Assembly (NCBI GenBank): GCA_030390025.1
Contig: CM059432.1
Span: forward strand, 44,084,001 to 44,148,000
Origin: Squalus acanthias
Taxonomy: Eukaryota
Length of the DNA: 64,000 nucleotides
Direction of reading: 5' to 3'
The position numbers and the translations under genes are program-made. Under the pieces are notes generated by a model, which saw only the letters and a program-made list of their open reading frames with translations, ran no database searches and was not told where the DNA came from. Below are positions 1-13,189 of this stretch, piece after piece. Each line of letters begins with the position of its first letter. Positions within the stretch are counted from its first letter, which is position 1.

Positions 1-1785
1 CTGCCTTCTCCCCATATCCCTTGATACCTTTAGCTTTAAGAAATATATCTAACTCATTCTTGAATATATTTAATGACTTGGCCTCAACTACATTCTGTGG
101 TAGAGAATTCCACAGGTTCACCACTCTCTGGGTGAAGAAATTCTTCCTCATTTCTGTCCTAAATGGCTTACCCCTTATCTTTTAGATTATGACCCCTGGT
201 TCTGGACTCTCCGACCGTCGGGAACATTCTTCCTGCATCTAGTTTGTCCAGACCTGTCAGAATTTTATATGTTTCGATGAGATCCCCTCTCATTCTTCTA
301 TACTCCAGCGAGTATAAGCCCAATCGACCCAATCTTTCCTCATATGTCATTCCTGCCATCCCAGGTATCAGCCTTGTGAATCTTCGCTGAACTCCTTCCA
401 TGGCAAGAACATCCTTCCTCAGATAAGGCGACCAAAACTGCACACAGTACTCAAGGTGTGGTCTCACCAAGGCCCTGTACAACTGCAGCAGGACATCCCT
501 GTTCCTATACTTAAACCCTTTCGCTATGAAGGCCAACATACCATTTGCCTTCTTCACCGCCTGCTGCACCTGCATGCTTACCTTCAGCGACTGGTACACA
601 AGGACACCCAGGTCTCGTTGCACTTCCCTTTCTCCCAATCTATTGCCATTCAGATAATAGTCTGCCTTTCTGTTTTTGACACCATAGTTGATAACCTCGC
701 ATTTATCCACGTTATATTGCATCTGCCACGCTTCTGCCCACTCACCCAACCCATCCAAATCATCCTGGAGTTTCCCAGTATCCTCCTCGGAGCACACACG
801 CCCACCCAGCTTTGTCATCTGCAAACTTGGAGATATTACATTTAGTTCCCTTATCGAGATCATTAATGTATATTGTGAATAGCTGGGGTCCAAGGACCGA
901 ACCCTGCGGTACCCCACTAGTCACTGCCTGCCACTCGGAAAAAGACCCATTAATTCCTACTCTGCTTTCTGTCCGCCAACCAGTTCTCTATCCAAGTCAA
1001 TACCTTGCCCCCAATCCCATGTGCCTTAACTTTACATGCTAATCTCTTATGCGGGACCTTATCGAAAGCCTTTTGAAAGTCCAAATACACCACATCTACT
1101 GGTTCTCCCTTATCTATTTTCCCAGTTACATCCTCAAAAAATTCCAGTAGATTAGTCGAGCACGATTTACCTTTTGTAAATCCATGTTGACTTTGTCCGA
1201 TCCTGTCACTGTTTTCCAAGTGCTCTGCTATTACATCTTTTATAATGGACTCTAGCATTTTCCCCACTACCGATGTCAGGCTTACCAGTCTGTAATTCCC
1301 TGTTTTCTCTCTACCACCCTTTTTGAATAGTGGGGTAACATTAGCTACCCTCCAATCCATGGGTACAGTTCCAGATTCCATCGAATGTTGGAAGATGATC
1401 AGCAATGCATCTACTATTTCTAGGGCCACTTCCTTAAGTACCCTAGGATGTAGATTATCAGGCCCTGGGGATTTATCGGCCTTCAATCCCATCAATTTCC
1501 CTAATACCATTTCCCTGCAAATACTGATTTCTTTCAGTTCCTCCCTTTCATCAGACCCTATGTTCTCCAACATCTCTGGGAGGTTATTTGTGTCCTCCTT
1601 TGTGAAGACAGAACCAAAATATGCATTTAATTGGTCTGCCATTTCTTTGTTCCCCATTATAACTTCCCCCGCTTCTGACTGCAAGGGACCTACACTTGAT
1701 TTCACTAATCTTTTTCTCTTCACATATCTATAAAAGCTCTTACAGTCAGTTTTTATGTTCCCTGCAAGCTTACTTTCATATTCTA
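1..1785 (-). mobile_element. CR1 LINE, 5'-truncated RT region; 3' end runs off the window
   Basis: ORFs 950..1723 and 168..917 show CR1 RT motifs ([38 protein letters not shown]) with frameshifts. Confidence 0.93.
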
Positions 1786-2384
1786 GTGGTCACAGCTGAC
1801 CAGCCTTCTGATGCATGGTAGCAGCAGCTATCCTTACAGCAGGTAGCATAGTTCTCCATCTGTCTTCCTCCTGACCCAGCTCTTGTGTAGACAGTTCCCC
1901 AGTTGCTAAGAGGTAGCCATGACAATGCCTGCAAATATTGTTGGTGTCAACTTGGCTGGTGCGGCCAATCAGATTTTGTTTGCCAATGATCACCCTGGCA
2001 TGTCTTCTTTAATGCAGCATTGTATAAAGTATGACATCCCGTCATTATTATACTTCTGAAAAACTATTCAGCATAATGGTAACTCAGGCCTTCACATGCA
2101 CCTGTGTCATTGGTCCTGCTGTCACAACCTACCTTCAGAGTTGGAGCCTCTGTATGTATGAATCATCTGCTGAAGCCAGTTATGTTCACTTCTTGTAAAT
2201 GCTGGTGGGTGTGCGTAGAGTGCTTCTTGTGCAGCTGCATGAGCTTGGCATTCCTTCATTGGTGCTTCTCTTCCAAGCTCTTCAGATACTGAATTTCCCA
2301 TTGGGAAATCCATTGTGCTGGGACAAAAATAAATGAAGACAATTGGCACAACAGCTCATGAAAACCTAAAAACCAGTAGAAAAA

Positions 2385-3705
2385 GAACAAAAACAGAAAA
2401 TGCTGGAAATACTCAGCAGGTCAGGCAGCATCTGTGGAGAGAGAAACAGAGTTGACGTTTCAGGTCGATGACCCTTTGTCAGAACTGGAAAAAGCTGGAG
2501 ATGGAACAGGTTTTAAGCAAGTGTAGGGGCAGGGAAAGGGGGGAGGGGAGGAAAGAACAAAAGGGAAGGTCTGTGATAGGATGGAAGGCAGGAGAGATTA
2601 AGAGATGGTGCAAGGCAAAAGGAGATGGTAATGGGACAAGTTAAGAAACAAAAGATGGCTCTAGATGAAGTGTAAATGGCACTGGCAGAATGATCGACAG
2701 CTGCCATGTGGGAGAGAGAAAAAATAAAATAAAATAAATGGAAAGAAAAAAGCATAGGGGCAGAGGTTATGGTCTAAAATTGTTGAACTCTATGTTGAGT
2801 CCAGAAGGCTGTAAAGTGCCTAATCAAAAGATGAGGTGCTGTTCCTCGAGCTTACATTGAGCTTCATTGGAACAGTGCAAGAGGCCGAGGACAGTGAGGT
2901 CTGAGTGGGAGTGGAGCGGAGAATTAAAGTGACAGGCGACCGGAGGTGTTCCGCAAAGCGGTCACCCAATCTGCGTTTGGTCTCCCCAATGTAGAGGAGA
3001 CCGCATCGTGAGCAGCGAATACAGTATACTAAATTGCAAGAAGTACAAGTAAATTGCTGTTTCACCTGGAAGGAGTGTTTGGGGCCCTGGACAGTGGGAA
3101 GAGTGGAGGTAAAAGGGCATGTGTTGCATCTCCTGCGCTTGCACGGGAAGGTGCCAGGGGAAGGGGTGTTGGGGGTGATAGAGGAGTGGACCAGGGTGTC
3201 GCGGAGGGAGCGGTCCCTTTGGAATGCTGAAAGGGGAGGTGAGGGGAAGATGTGTTTGGTGGTGGGATCACGCTGGAGGTGGCGGAAATGGCGGAGGATG
3301 ATCCGTTGAATGTGGAGGCTGGTGTGGTGAAAGTTGAGGACAAGGGGAACCCTATCGTGGTCTGCGAGGGAGGGGAAGGGGTGAGAGCAGAAGTGCGGGA
3401 AATAGAACGGACACGGTCAAGGGCCGTGTCAATCACAGTAGAGGGGAATCCTTGGTTGAGGAAAAAGGAAGACATGTCGGAAGCACTAGTATGGAATGTG
3501 GCATCGTCAGAGCAGATGCGGTGGAGACAGAGAAACTGGGAGAATGGAATAGAGTCCTTGCAGGAAGCAGGGTGGGAGGAAGTGTAGTCCAGGTAGCTGT
3601 GGGAGTCAGTGGGCTTGTAGTGAAGGTTTGTCAATAGCCTATCCCCAGAGATGGAGACAGAGAAGTCGAGCAAGGGAAGGGAAGGGAAGGGAAGAGTCGG
3701 AGATG
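2385..3705 (-). mobile_element. Penelope-like retroelement fragment (RT C-terminus, GIY-YIG endonuclease, terminal repeat)
   Basis: ORF 3062..3673 (LDFSV..HYKPTDSHSYLDYTSSHP) and ORF 2820..3065 (NLVYCIRCSRCGLLYIGETKRRLGDRFAEHLRS, GIY-YIG). Confidence 0.9.
2447..2487 (-). ncRNA. Minimal type-I hammerhead ribozyme relic in the Penelope terminal repeat (core G8>A)
   Basis: Minus strand reads CAGUU-CUGACAA-AGGGUC-AUC-GACCU-GAAAC-GUC-AACU. Confidence 0.65.
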
Positions 3706-4706
3706 GGACAAAACAATTTCAGAAAGACAGGTAGCTACGGTCTAGAAACTATCGAACAAATCTTCTTCCTGGCCTTTTAAATTTTCTCCTGTATACTGCT
3801 CAGTGCCTTGCAGCCCTGTATGCTCATTTACATTGACAGTAATTAGAAGTGGCATGAGCCCAGCGTAAAGGGCAGAAAGATGTTATTGTATTTCATCTGC
3901 ATTGTTCTTTCATCTTTTTCAAGAAATCACCTGTTTCAGGTGGGAGCTTTCTACACCTATCGGTTTGCTCGCTGCTATTGCACATTGTATGCAAAATGGG
4001 TGAATAGCTGGAGTTATGGGTCTTTGTCCCTTTTCCCATGCCATTACCTTCCATAAACTGGTGCACGCTGGTGGTAATGGCAAGTAATCTGCCCGATTAA
4101 GTCAATAATGTGGAGAAGCTGGATATATACTGGGATTATTCTCATCCTCATTAAAACTTATGGTTTGTCTCTTGATTTTTGTCCTGCACTGGGGATAAAT
4201 TCATAAAATGAAATATCCCACAATTTGCTAGTTTTCTAATCTTAAACTTGTTCCCCCAGTAATTATCTATTCTAACCACAAAAAACTTATTAAATAAGAA
4301 TAATAGTAAAGCTACTTTTATATAAAAAAAATCATCCTAATAGGGGAGGGGAATTTAGCCTTATTTTTGAGTGGTATTTCAATCCTTATTTGCTACTAAG
4401 AAATATTATTTAAAGAAATACATTTAAAAACATCTTAATCCCAGTAAAATATTATCTGCTCTTATTAGAGGGGAAAGTGTTTTCAAGTTCAAACAAGTAA
4501 AATACTTTAAGTGATTTCAAACAAGTAGAGTATTTTCAGTATTTAAAAACATTCCCTTATTGCAGTTAGAAGATTTGATCTGTGGTGTTAGTGTCCAGGA
4601 TTCCAGTTCCCTATTTGCCATTCAAGAAGTTTTTTTTGGATCAAATTTTTTTTTAAAGCAGAATAGCACACTCCCAGTACATGTGTTTAAAAAAAATAAT
4701 GATAAC

Positions 4707-5112
4707 CTCAGCCGTGGCTCAATTGGTAGCATCCTCGCCTCTGAGTCGGAAGGTTGTGGGTTCAAGTCCCACTTCAGAGACTTGAGCACAAAAATCTAAG
4801 CTGACACTATCAGAGGTGCCGTCTTTCGGATGAGACCAAGGCCCCATCTGCTCTTTCAGGTTGGACGTAAACGATCCCAAGACACTATTTTGAAGAAGAG
4901 CAGAGGAGTTATCCCCGGTGTCCTAGCCAATATTTAATTCCTCAATCAACATCACTAAAACAAATTATCTGGTCATTATCACATCACTGTTTGTGGCAAA
5001 TTGGCTGCCATGTTTCCAACATTACAACAATGATTGCACTTCAAAAAAGTACTTAATTGTCTGTCCTGTGGTCGTGAAAGGCGCTATATACAGTAAATGC
5101 AAGTCTTTCTTT
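4707..5112 (+). mobile_element. tRNA-derived Deu-domain SINE (SacSINE1/AmnSINE1-like)
   Basis: A box TGGCTCAATTGG, B box GGTTCAAGTCC, Deu-like core GGTGCCGTCTTTCGGATGAGAC...CCCCGGTGTCCTAGCCAA, tail GAAAGGCGCTATATA..AAATGCAAGTC. Confidence 0.8.
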
Positions 5113-5188
5113 CTCATTTTTCTTGGGTATTTTTTTTCCACATAAATACTTTGCTGTTAAATTTTTTAAAAATCTTGCTATCCCACAG

Positions 5189-6612
5189 TGTCAGCTGTGG
5201 CTCAGTTGGTAGCACACTCGTCTCTGAGTCAGACGGTTGTGGGTTTAAGTCCCACCCCAGGGACTTGAGTACTGTAGGGGGTGGAGTGGTAGGGTCAGCC
5301 TCACCTCTGACTCAGTGAGCGGTTCGAATCGCTCCCACGCCCCTGATTCTAGACCTTGGACTTATTTAGGGGTTGTGAACAAAGATGCAGTAGACAACAG
5401 GTTCTGATGAAAGAATTTAGACTTTATTAAAAGAAAAAGGTAACAAACTTAAAACACACTTAAATGCTTAAACACAGGTTGGAGAACACACGGTACAGGC
5501 GAGGGAGAATTACAATAGAAGAATACTTCACCCCTCCCAATCCCACTTCACTAGCTAGGTTGGACTCTGGAGAACCAGGGATAATGCTCAGCAAACGAAT
5601 CCTTGACAGTTTAGAGTTAGGGTTTAGAGTCTTTTGAGTAAAAGGTTTCGTAAGGCCCTTGTTGCCGCGAGGTGTCCGATGGTCACTGAGGCAGTCGCTC
5701 TGGTTTCTTCTTGCGTGTCGGTCTGCTTGTGAAGTTGTTGGCCTTCTTTGTTGAACTTCTTGATGTAACTCTGCCTCTGTTTAAACTGTCTTCTTCCGAG
5801 CTGTGGAACTGCCTTCTGCCTGCTTGTCCTGAACTCTGTAACTCCAGCACTGACTTCTTGCTGAAAACAGGCTTTTCAATTGAACTCTTGAACTGTAACT
5901 GTTTGATGGGCCTTCAATTATACTAAATTGAAGTGGCCTTATCTACCCTAAATCAAATCATTGTAAGACCTCGTTAACAGTAACGACTTTACGAAGTGTC
6001 AAATGGCTTGCGTCCTGTCGATCTCTTCGGTTGATTACAGGTGATTGGTTTCGTGTTTTGGGTTTCTAGGCTGGACTCGGGTTTTTCTACAGAATGGTCC
6101 CGAGCGATTTGAATTATGCAAGAATTTGATGGGTCTGTGATAGGTTTTAATGGGGCCTGTGTTTTGGGTGGGGCTGCCTACTCCCAGGGTCTATTGTCCA
6201 AATGTTAATGCTTGCTGGGGCTTGAGTGAGGTCATCCCGATTCCCCAGACAATGCAATTTAACTGCAATACCCAAAACTGCTGTGCAGCCTTTTCTCCCT
6301 TACAGGTCCAGACATGTCTTTTAAAATGCCAAAACTTGGTTTTTGGTCTTAAATTCCTTATGTTAGGCCCAAATACATTTTTATCACTCTGGGGTAGTTC
6401 CAAAGTCCTTTTTCCTTAGGTTTTGGGGATCTGCAAATTTTGGAAACCTTACACACATAAAGCAAGGCTGACACTCCAGTGCAGTACTGAGGGAGTGCTG
6501 CACTGTCGGAGGTGCCGTCTTTCGGATGAGACGTTAAACCGAGGACTCGTCTACTCTCTCAGGTGGACGTAAAAGATCCCATGGCACTATTTCGAAGAAG
6601 AGCAGGGGAGTT
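5189..6612 (+). mobile_element. Second Deu-SINE copy split by a solo LTR (head 5189-5272, body 6454-6612)
   Basis: The sequence on both sides of the insert is colinear with the 4707 copy. Confidence 0.8.
5273..6453 (-). mobile_element. Probable solo LTR (about 1.18 kb)
   Basis: Starts TGTAGGG and ends CCTTACA (TG..CA with imperfect inverted termini). AATAAA on the minus strand near 5423-5428. Interrupts a SINE cleanly; no recognisable ORF. Confidence 0.7.
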
Positions 6613-7009
6613 ACATGCGCATGCACTAAATCCTGAAGCCATGGTCAGTTTCAGAGGAGTAATGACAGCAAACCCTGACCGTCCAAATACAAACATCTTG
6701 TGATATTTATTCAAATGTGTTTTGCAGCTTTTTTGAATTTAACAAACAGCTATTTAAAACTGCTCATTCCCAGTAACTTTTTTTTGAAAGTATTTACCAG
6801 CTTGTGATTTTAAAATGAGGGAGTCTGTCTGAAGTCTACCAGGAGATATAGTCAACCAAGTTAGCTTCTGTAGATGGTGGCAAAAGGAAAATAATCTCTA
6901 CATAAGAATATTACTTGCACAACAACAGTGATTGCACTTCAGAAGTAACCCATTGGTTGTAAAGTGCTTTGGGATATCCTGAGAACATAAGGTATTACAT
7001 AAATGAATG

Positions 7010-9731
7010 GTAGCGTAGTGGTAATGTCACTGGGCTAGTAATCCAGAGGTCTGAACTAATGATCCAGAGACTTGAGTTAAAATCCCACCTACGTCAGTTA
7101 ATTAAATAAATCTGGAATAAAAGCTAGTATCAGTCATGATGACCATGAAACTATCAGATTGTCGTAAAAAGCCATCTGGTTCACTAATTAGGGAAGGAAA
7201 TCTGCCATCCTTACCTGGTCTGGCCTATATGTGACTCCAGACCACAGCAATGTGGTTGACTCTTAACTGCCCTCTGAAATGGCCCAGCAAGTCACTCAGT
7301 TGTAACTAACCGCTACAAAACTTAATAAGAATGAAACCGGACGGACAACCCGGCATCGACCTTGGCACCGGCTACGGCACACCCTGCCCAGTAGACCCTC
7401 CTCACCAGCACCTGGGGACTTGTGCCAAAATTGGAAGAGCTGTCCCACAGACAAGCAACAGCCTGATATAGTCATACTCACAGAATCATACCTTTCAGCC
7501 AATGTCCCAAACTCCTCCATCACCATCCCAGGGGTGGCGGCACAGTGGTATACAGTCGGGAAGGAGTGGCCCTGGGAGTCCTCAACATTGACTTCGGACC
7601 CCATGAAGTCTCATAGCTTCAGGTCAAGCATGGGCAAGGAAACCTGCTGATTACCACCTACCGCCCTCCCTCAGTTGATGAATCAGTACTCCTCCATGTT
7701 GAACACCACTTGGAAGAAGCACTGAATGTACTCTGCAAGGGCACAGAATGTACTTTGGGTGGTGGACTTCAAAGTCCATCACCAAGAGTGGCTCGGTAGC
7801 ACCACTACTGGCCGAGTCCTGAAGGACATAACTGCCAGTCTGGGCCTGCGACAGGTGGTGACAGAACCAACTACTTGACCTCGTCCTCACCAATCTACCT
7901 GTCGCAGATGCATCTGTCCATGACCGTATTGGTAGCAGTGACCACCGCACAGTCATTGTGGAGACGAAGTCCCGTCTTCATACTACGGACACCCTCCATT
8001 GCAAAAGGCAAGGCTGAAGCGTTAGCAACCATCTTCAGCCAGAAGTGCCGAGTGGATGATCCATATCGGCCCATTCCTGAGGTCCCCACCATCATAGAAT
8101 CCAGACTTCAGCCAATTCGATTCACTCCATGTGATATCAAGAAATGGTTGAGCGCACTGGATACAGCAAAGGCTGTGGGTCCCAACAACATCCCGGCTAT
8201 CGTGCTGAAGACTTGTGCTCCAGAACTAGCCGCGCCTCTAGCCAAGCTGTTCCAGTACAGCTACAACATTGGCATCTATCCGACAATGTGGAAAACTGCC
8301 CAGTTATGCCCTGTCCACAAAAAGCAGGACAAATCCAACCCGGCCAATTAGCGCCCCATCAGTCTACTCTCACTCATCAGCAAAGTGATGGAAGGTGTCA
8401 TCGACAGTGCTATCCAGCGGCATTTACCAAAAACCTGCTCGCTGATGCCCAGTTTGGGTTCTGCCAAGACCACTCTGCTCCCGACCTCATTACAGCCTTG
8501 GTCCAAACATGGACAAAGGAGCTGAATTCCAGAGGTGAGGTGAGAGTGAGTGCCCTTCACATCAAGGCAGCATTTGACCGAGTGTGGCATGAAGGAGTCC
8601 TAGTAAAAGTGAAGTCAATCGGAATCAGGGTGGTGGGGGGGGGGGGAACTCTCCACTGGCTGGAGTCATACCTAGCACAAACGAAGATGGTTGTGGTGGT
8701 TGAAGGTGAATCATCACAGTCCCAGGACATCTCTGCAGGAGTTCCTCAGGGCAGTGTCCTAGGCCCAACCATCTTCTGCTGCTTCATCAAAGACCTTCCC
8801 TCCATCATAAGATCAGAAATGGGGATGTTTGCTGATGACTGCACAGTGTTCAGCACCATTCACAACTCCTTAGATAATGAAGCAGTCCATGCCCGCATGC
8901 AACAAGACCTGGACAACGTTCAGGCTTGGGCTGATAAGTGGCAGGTAACATTCGCGCCACAGAAGTGCCAGGCAATGACTATCTCCAACAAGCGAGAGTC
9001 TAACCACCTCCCCTTGACATTCAACGACATTACCATCACCGAATCCACCACCATCAACATCCTGGGTGTCACCATTGACCAGAAACTTAATTGGACCAGC
9101 TACATAAATACTGTGGCAACAAGAGCAGGTCAGAGGCTAGGTATTCTGTGGCGAGTGTCTCACCTCCTGACTCCCCAAAGCCTTTCCACCATCCACAAGG
9201 CACAAGTAAGGAGTGTGATGGAATACTCTCCACTTGCCTGGATGAGTGCAGCTCCAACAACACTCAAGAAGCGCGACACCATCCAGGACAAAGCAGCCCG
9301 CTTAATTGGCACCCCCTCCACCACCTTAATCATTCACTCCCTCCACCACCGGCGTACTGTGGCTGCAGTGTGTACCATCTACAAGATGCACTGCAGCAAT
9401 TCGCCAAGGCTTCTTCGGCAGCACCTCCCAAACCCGCAACCTTTCCACCTAGAAGGACAAGGGCAGCAGGCGCATGGGAACAACACCACCTCCAAGTTCC
9501 CCTCCAAGTTGCACACCATCCTGACTTGGAAGTATATCGCCGATCCTTCATCGTCGCTGGGTCAAAATCCTGGAACTCCCTCCCTAACAGCACTGTGGGT
9601 GTACCTTCACCACACGGACTGCAGCGGTTCAAGTAGGCGGCTCACCATCTCCTTCTCAAGGGTAATTAGGGATGGGCAATAAATGCTGGCCTTGCCAGCG
9701 ACACCCTCATCCCATAAAAACAAATTAAAAA
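7010..9731 (+). mobile_element. Single-ORF CR1-group LINE (APE + RT, frameshifted, internally deleted) with a tRNA-like 5' head
   Basis: 9-bp TSD AAATGAATG (7001-7009 / 9732-9740). APE start QPDIVILTESYL; RT motifs [10 protein letters not shown] and MFADD; tail GGGCAATAAATGCTGGCCTTGCC followed by an A-rich end. Confidence 0.85.
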
Positions 9732-11687
9732 AAATGAATGTTCGTTCATAGTGTAGCACAGCAGTTTCAAGTCATTTATTTTTTTCTGCTACACAAGGAG
9801 CCAGCTAAGTTTGACAAGTATTATAACATACATGTTATGTTACTGATGCTATTTGCTTCTTCTTCCACTGTTAAATAAACTTGTTTGGTGGTTAAAGTCT
9901 CAGCCATAGTCTTGTGTAACATATTATTCTGCTGTATTCTAAAAGTCATTGAGGATCACCTGAAAGCATGATGTAAAACCAGCAGCTGAAATAAACTGAA
10001 GAGGGCTCTCTGTTTGTTCCCTGGGCATACTATAAAATTACCTAGATATCCAGGTTAGGTGAATAAATTCTCTTTAAGACATAAGGAGTTGGGGCTCACC
10101 AACCACAGCAGACTAAAACAGGGAAGCGTAAAATATCTCGGATTTAAGCACATAATCTAGGCCTACACTCTTGCAGTATCATGAAAATGCTGCATTGCCA
10201 CTACTGCTGTCTTTTGGATGAGGCTTTAAACTGCGGTCCACTATGCCTGTTCAGATAGACATTACAATATCCTGTGTCAATATCCAGAGAACAGCTGGGA
10301 GTTCTCCCAGTGTCCTGGCCAACATTTCTCGCTCAACCAATACCACCAAAAAAATCTAGCCAATCCTCTTAGTGTTGTTTGTGGGATGTTGTGACTATAT
10401 AATGGCTGTTGCATTTACCTATATAACAATAGTTCTTGTACCAGTAGCATACCTTACTTCCTTTTGTGACTTTTACCGTAGCCATTAATTGTGGAAGCTT
10501 GTCAAAAAGCTTCTTTTGAAAATGCAAGTATATAAGATCAACTGCAATTTGCCTTTGTTTTATGCTAGTGATCTCTGGAAAAATTCCAACAAGTTAGTTA
10601 AACATGACCTCCCTTTCCTGAATTTACGCTGACTGTCCCGTAAAAATTTATGCTTTTCCATGTGTTCATTAACTAGATCTCTGAAAATTATTCTCAAGAT
10701 ATTCCCTCACATTTCCTTACGTGGCTTGGTGTCAAATTTTGTTTGATAATGCTCCTGTGAAGCGCCTTGGGATGTTTTACTGCATTAAAAGGCTCTATAT
10801 AAATACAAGTTGTTATTGTTATGTTTAACTTACTGGTTCATAGTTTCTTGACTTTAAAATTAAAACAAAAAGAATGCAGTTATGATGGTCTGAGGGTTCG
10901 AGAACCAAATATTCTTTTGGCAATATAGCATCACAAGGATAATGTTCGTCTTCTCCACCTGAACTTTATGGAGGACCTGTGGTATGGGAGGGAAAGGAAG
11001 AACTATAAACAGGATCCTTCCATCCAGGGAGTCAACAGCTTTCCAACTACAGCTGTGTCATCAGAGAGCCATGATTTTTTTGTCCCTGAAAGTTGGCCTG
11101 GAGGTCTGTCGTTGGATAATCCAATTCTTCCAAAATGAAATGAACAGCCTTCAAATGAAGAGTTCACTTTGTGAGGATAGAATTTACCTCTACTAAGAGC
11201 ATCAGTCACTTTATTCTGTTTACTTGCAAGGTGTTGGACAGACAAATCTGCATTTGATTTGTAGAAGTTCAACATCTACATTACATTAAGGCACAGCAAA
11301 GGGCTAACCTCTGCCCTTTTAATATAGCAGACTAGTCATGTTATCATTCCACACCTTCATAGCCTTGTTTCATACTTTTCTTTTAAATAATTTAACATTA
11401 ATCATGCAGCTTGTACCTTGAACCTGGCTATTTGCTAAGTATCGTGTGGAGGGAGTCTTTACCAGGCTCAGTAGACCTAGTGTAACATCTGTCATTGTAC
11501 TGGACCTTGAAAGGTCAATGGCTTGTGGAACTAGCTGGCGGATTGAGGGTGTAGTAGTCTAACTATATTTAAATATTTTTGCTTCCAATGTTTTATTTCA
11601 GAAGAACGCTTGAGAAGAAAACCATAATATAGCTTTATTTTGAATGACTCTTTTTTCGATTTTGTGTTTATTTCCATTCTAAACGCA

Positions 11688-12690
11688 TCCTACCTAGTCT
11701 GGCCTATATGCGTCTCCAGTCCCACACCAACGTGGTTGACTCTAGTTCAATGGGGAGTGTAGACGGGTGTGCTCGAAGCAGCATCGGGCATACTTTAGAA
11801 TGAGGCACCAAACTAGTGAAGCTACAACACAAGGTTACTTGCATGCTAAACACCATATGCAGAGCTAAGTGATCCCACAACCAATAGATCAAAGTAAGGT
11901 TTTTAGCCCTGCTTTCCAGTTAAGAATGATGATGGACAATCAGGCAACTAATGAGAGGAAAAGGCTCCACGAACTTCTCCCATTCTCAACTTTGGTAGAG
12001 CCGGGTGAGTGCAAGAGACAAAGCTGAAGTGTTTGTAAATAGTCAAAAGTGCCAAATGGATGATCCTACTCTGCCTCTTCCTGAGTTTCCTACCATGCTT
12101 GATGCCAATATCTAGCCAATTCGGTTCACTGCAAATGACATTAAGAAGTGACTGAATGCACTGGACACAGTGCAGGATATGGGCCCTAACCTTATCCTGG
12201 CTGGAAAGCTGAGGACGTTCTCTCAAAAATCAGCAAAATAATGGAAGCAGTGTTCAAACCGTGCCATCAAACAATGGCTACTCACCAATAATCTATTCGC
12301 TGCGCTCTAGTCAGGTTCTGGCAGAACCACTCAGCTTTCAATCTAGCCTTCTAGCCTTAATCTAGACATGGACACAAGCTAAAGTCAAGAGGAGAGGTGA
12401 GAATAATTTGCCTCAACATCACAGCAGCATTCAACAAAGTATGGCACCAAGGAACCCTCGGTCATTGCTGGTCAAGAGGAAACCCTCCAATAGCTGAAGT
12501 CATACCTGACACAAGGAAGATGGTTGTGATTGTTGGAAAGCAATCTTTGTAGTCGGGGTTCCTCAGGCCAACATCCTTGGCCCAACCATCTTCAGCTGTT
12601 TCAACAATGATGATTCTACAGTGTTTAGTTCCATTAGCAACTCCTCATTGCCAGTGTTGCCCGTATCCTAAGAACAATTTTTTTTTTTAA
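11688..12690 (+). mobile_element. Older decayed copy related to the 7010 LINE family
   Basis: Begins with the same 5' body motif (TCTGGCCTATATG..CTCCAG..GTGGTTGACTCT), followed by decayed RT segments colinear with about 8000-8880. Confidence 0.65.
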
Positions 12691-13189
12691 ATTGAGTGAT
12701 TCATTGTACAATGCTGGTGGAATTATTTTAAAATATAAAAAAACTCCAGAGCATACTGTAAAAATAAGCCAATATGATGCTGTATCATGCTTGCATGTCT
12801 TAATGCTTTAATTTAAAGAACAGGTGATTTGTCCATTTAAGCCTGTCCTTTAAACATATCCTGTGCAATCTGTATGTATAGTGTAATGAGCCCCCTAATT
12901 TTTCTCGAGAAGCAAATAATAATAATGGCGATTACATTTCCAGAAAGAGAAAACTCTTGTGATTCTACCCTATTCCTGATGGCAGTTGGGGATATATTTT
13001 GCAGATACCAATCTAATATTTAGCTTGACTTCCTGTATTCTGTATATAACATTCTTATGGTCAGAGGAGGACTGCAAACCATAGTGCTTTGCAATGTATT
13101 TGATCATCTGTGGTTATACTTATCACTGTTACCCTCAGTCACTGTCATAGACAGACAGTCATCTTACTCTTTTTAAAGGAGTTATTATA

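Noticed and set aside
1790..2320. Possible further Harbinger remnants on the minus strand
   Set aside because: Only vague motif resemblance; not supportable by eye.
4707..4785. tRNA gene
   Set aside because: The A/B boxes belong to a SINE head continuous with the Deu core; I could not fold a complete cloverleaf.
8144..9682. 512-aa ORF as a functional gene
   Set aside because: It is a LINE RT with out-of-frame N- and C-terminal portions; the upstream frame is broken at 8351.
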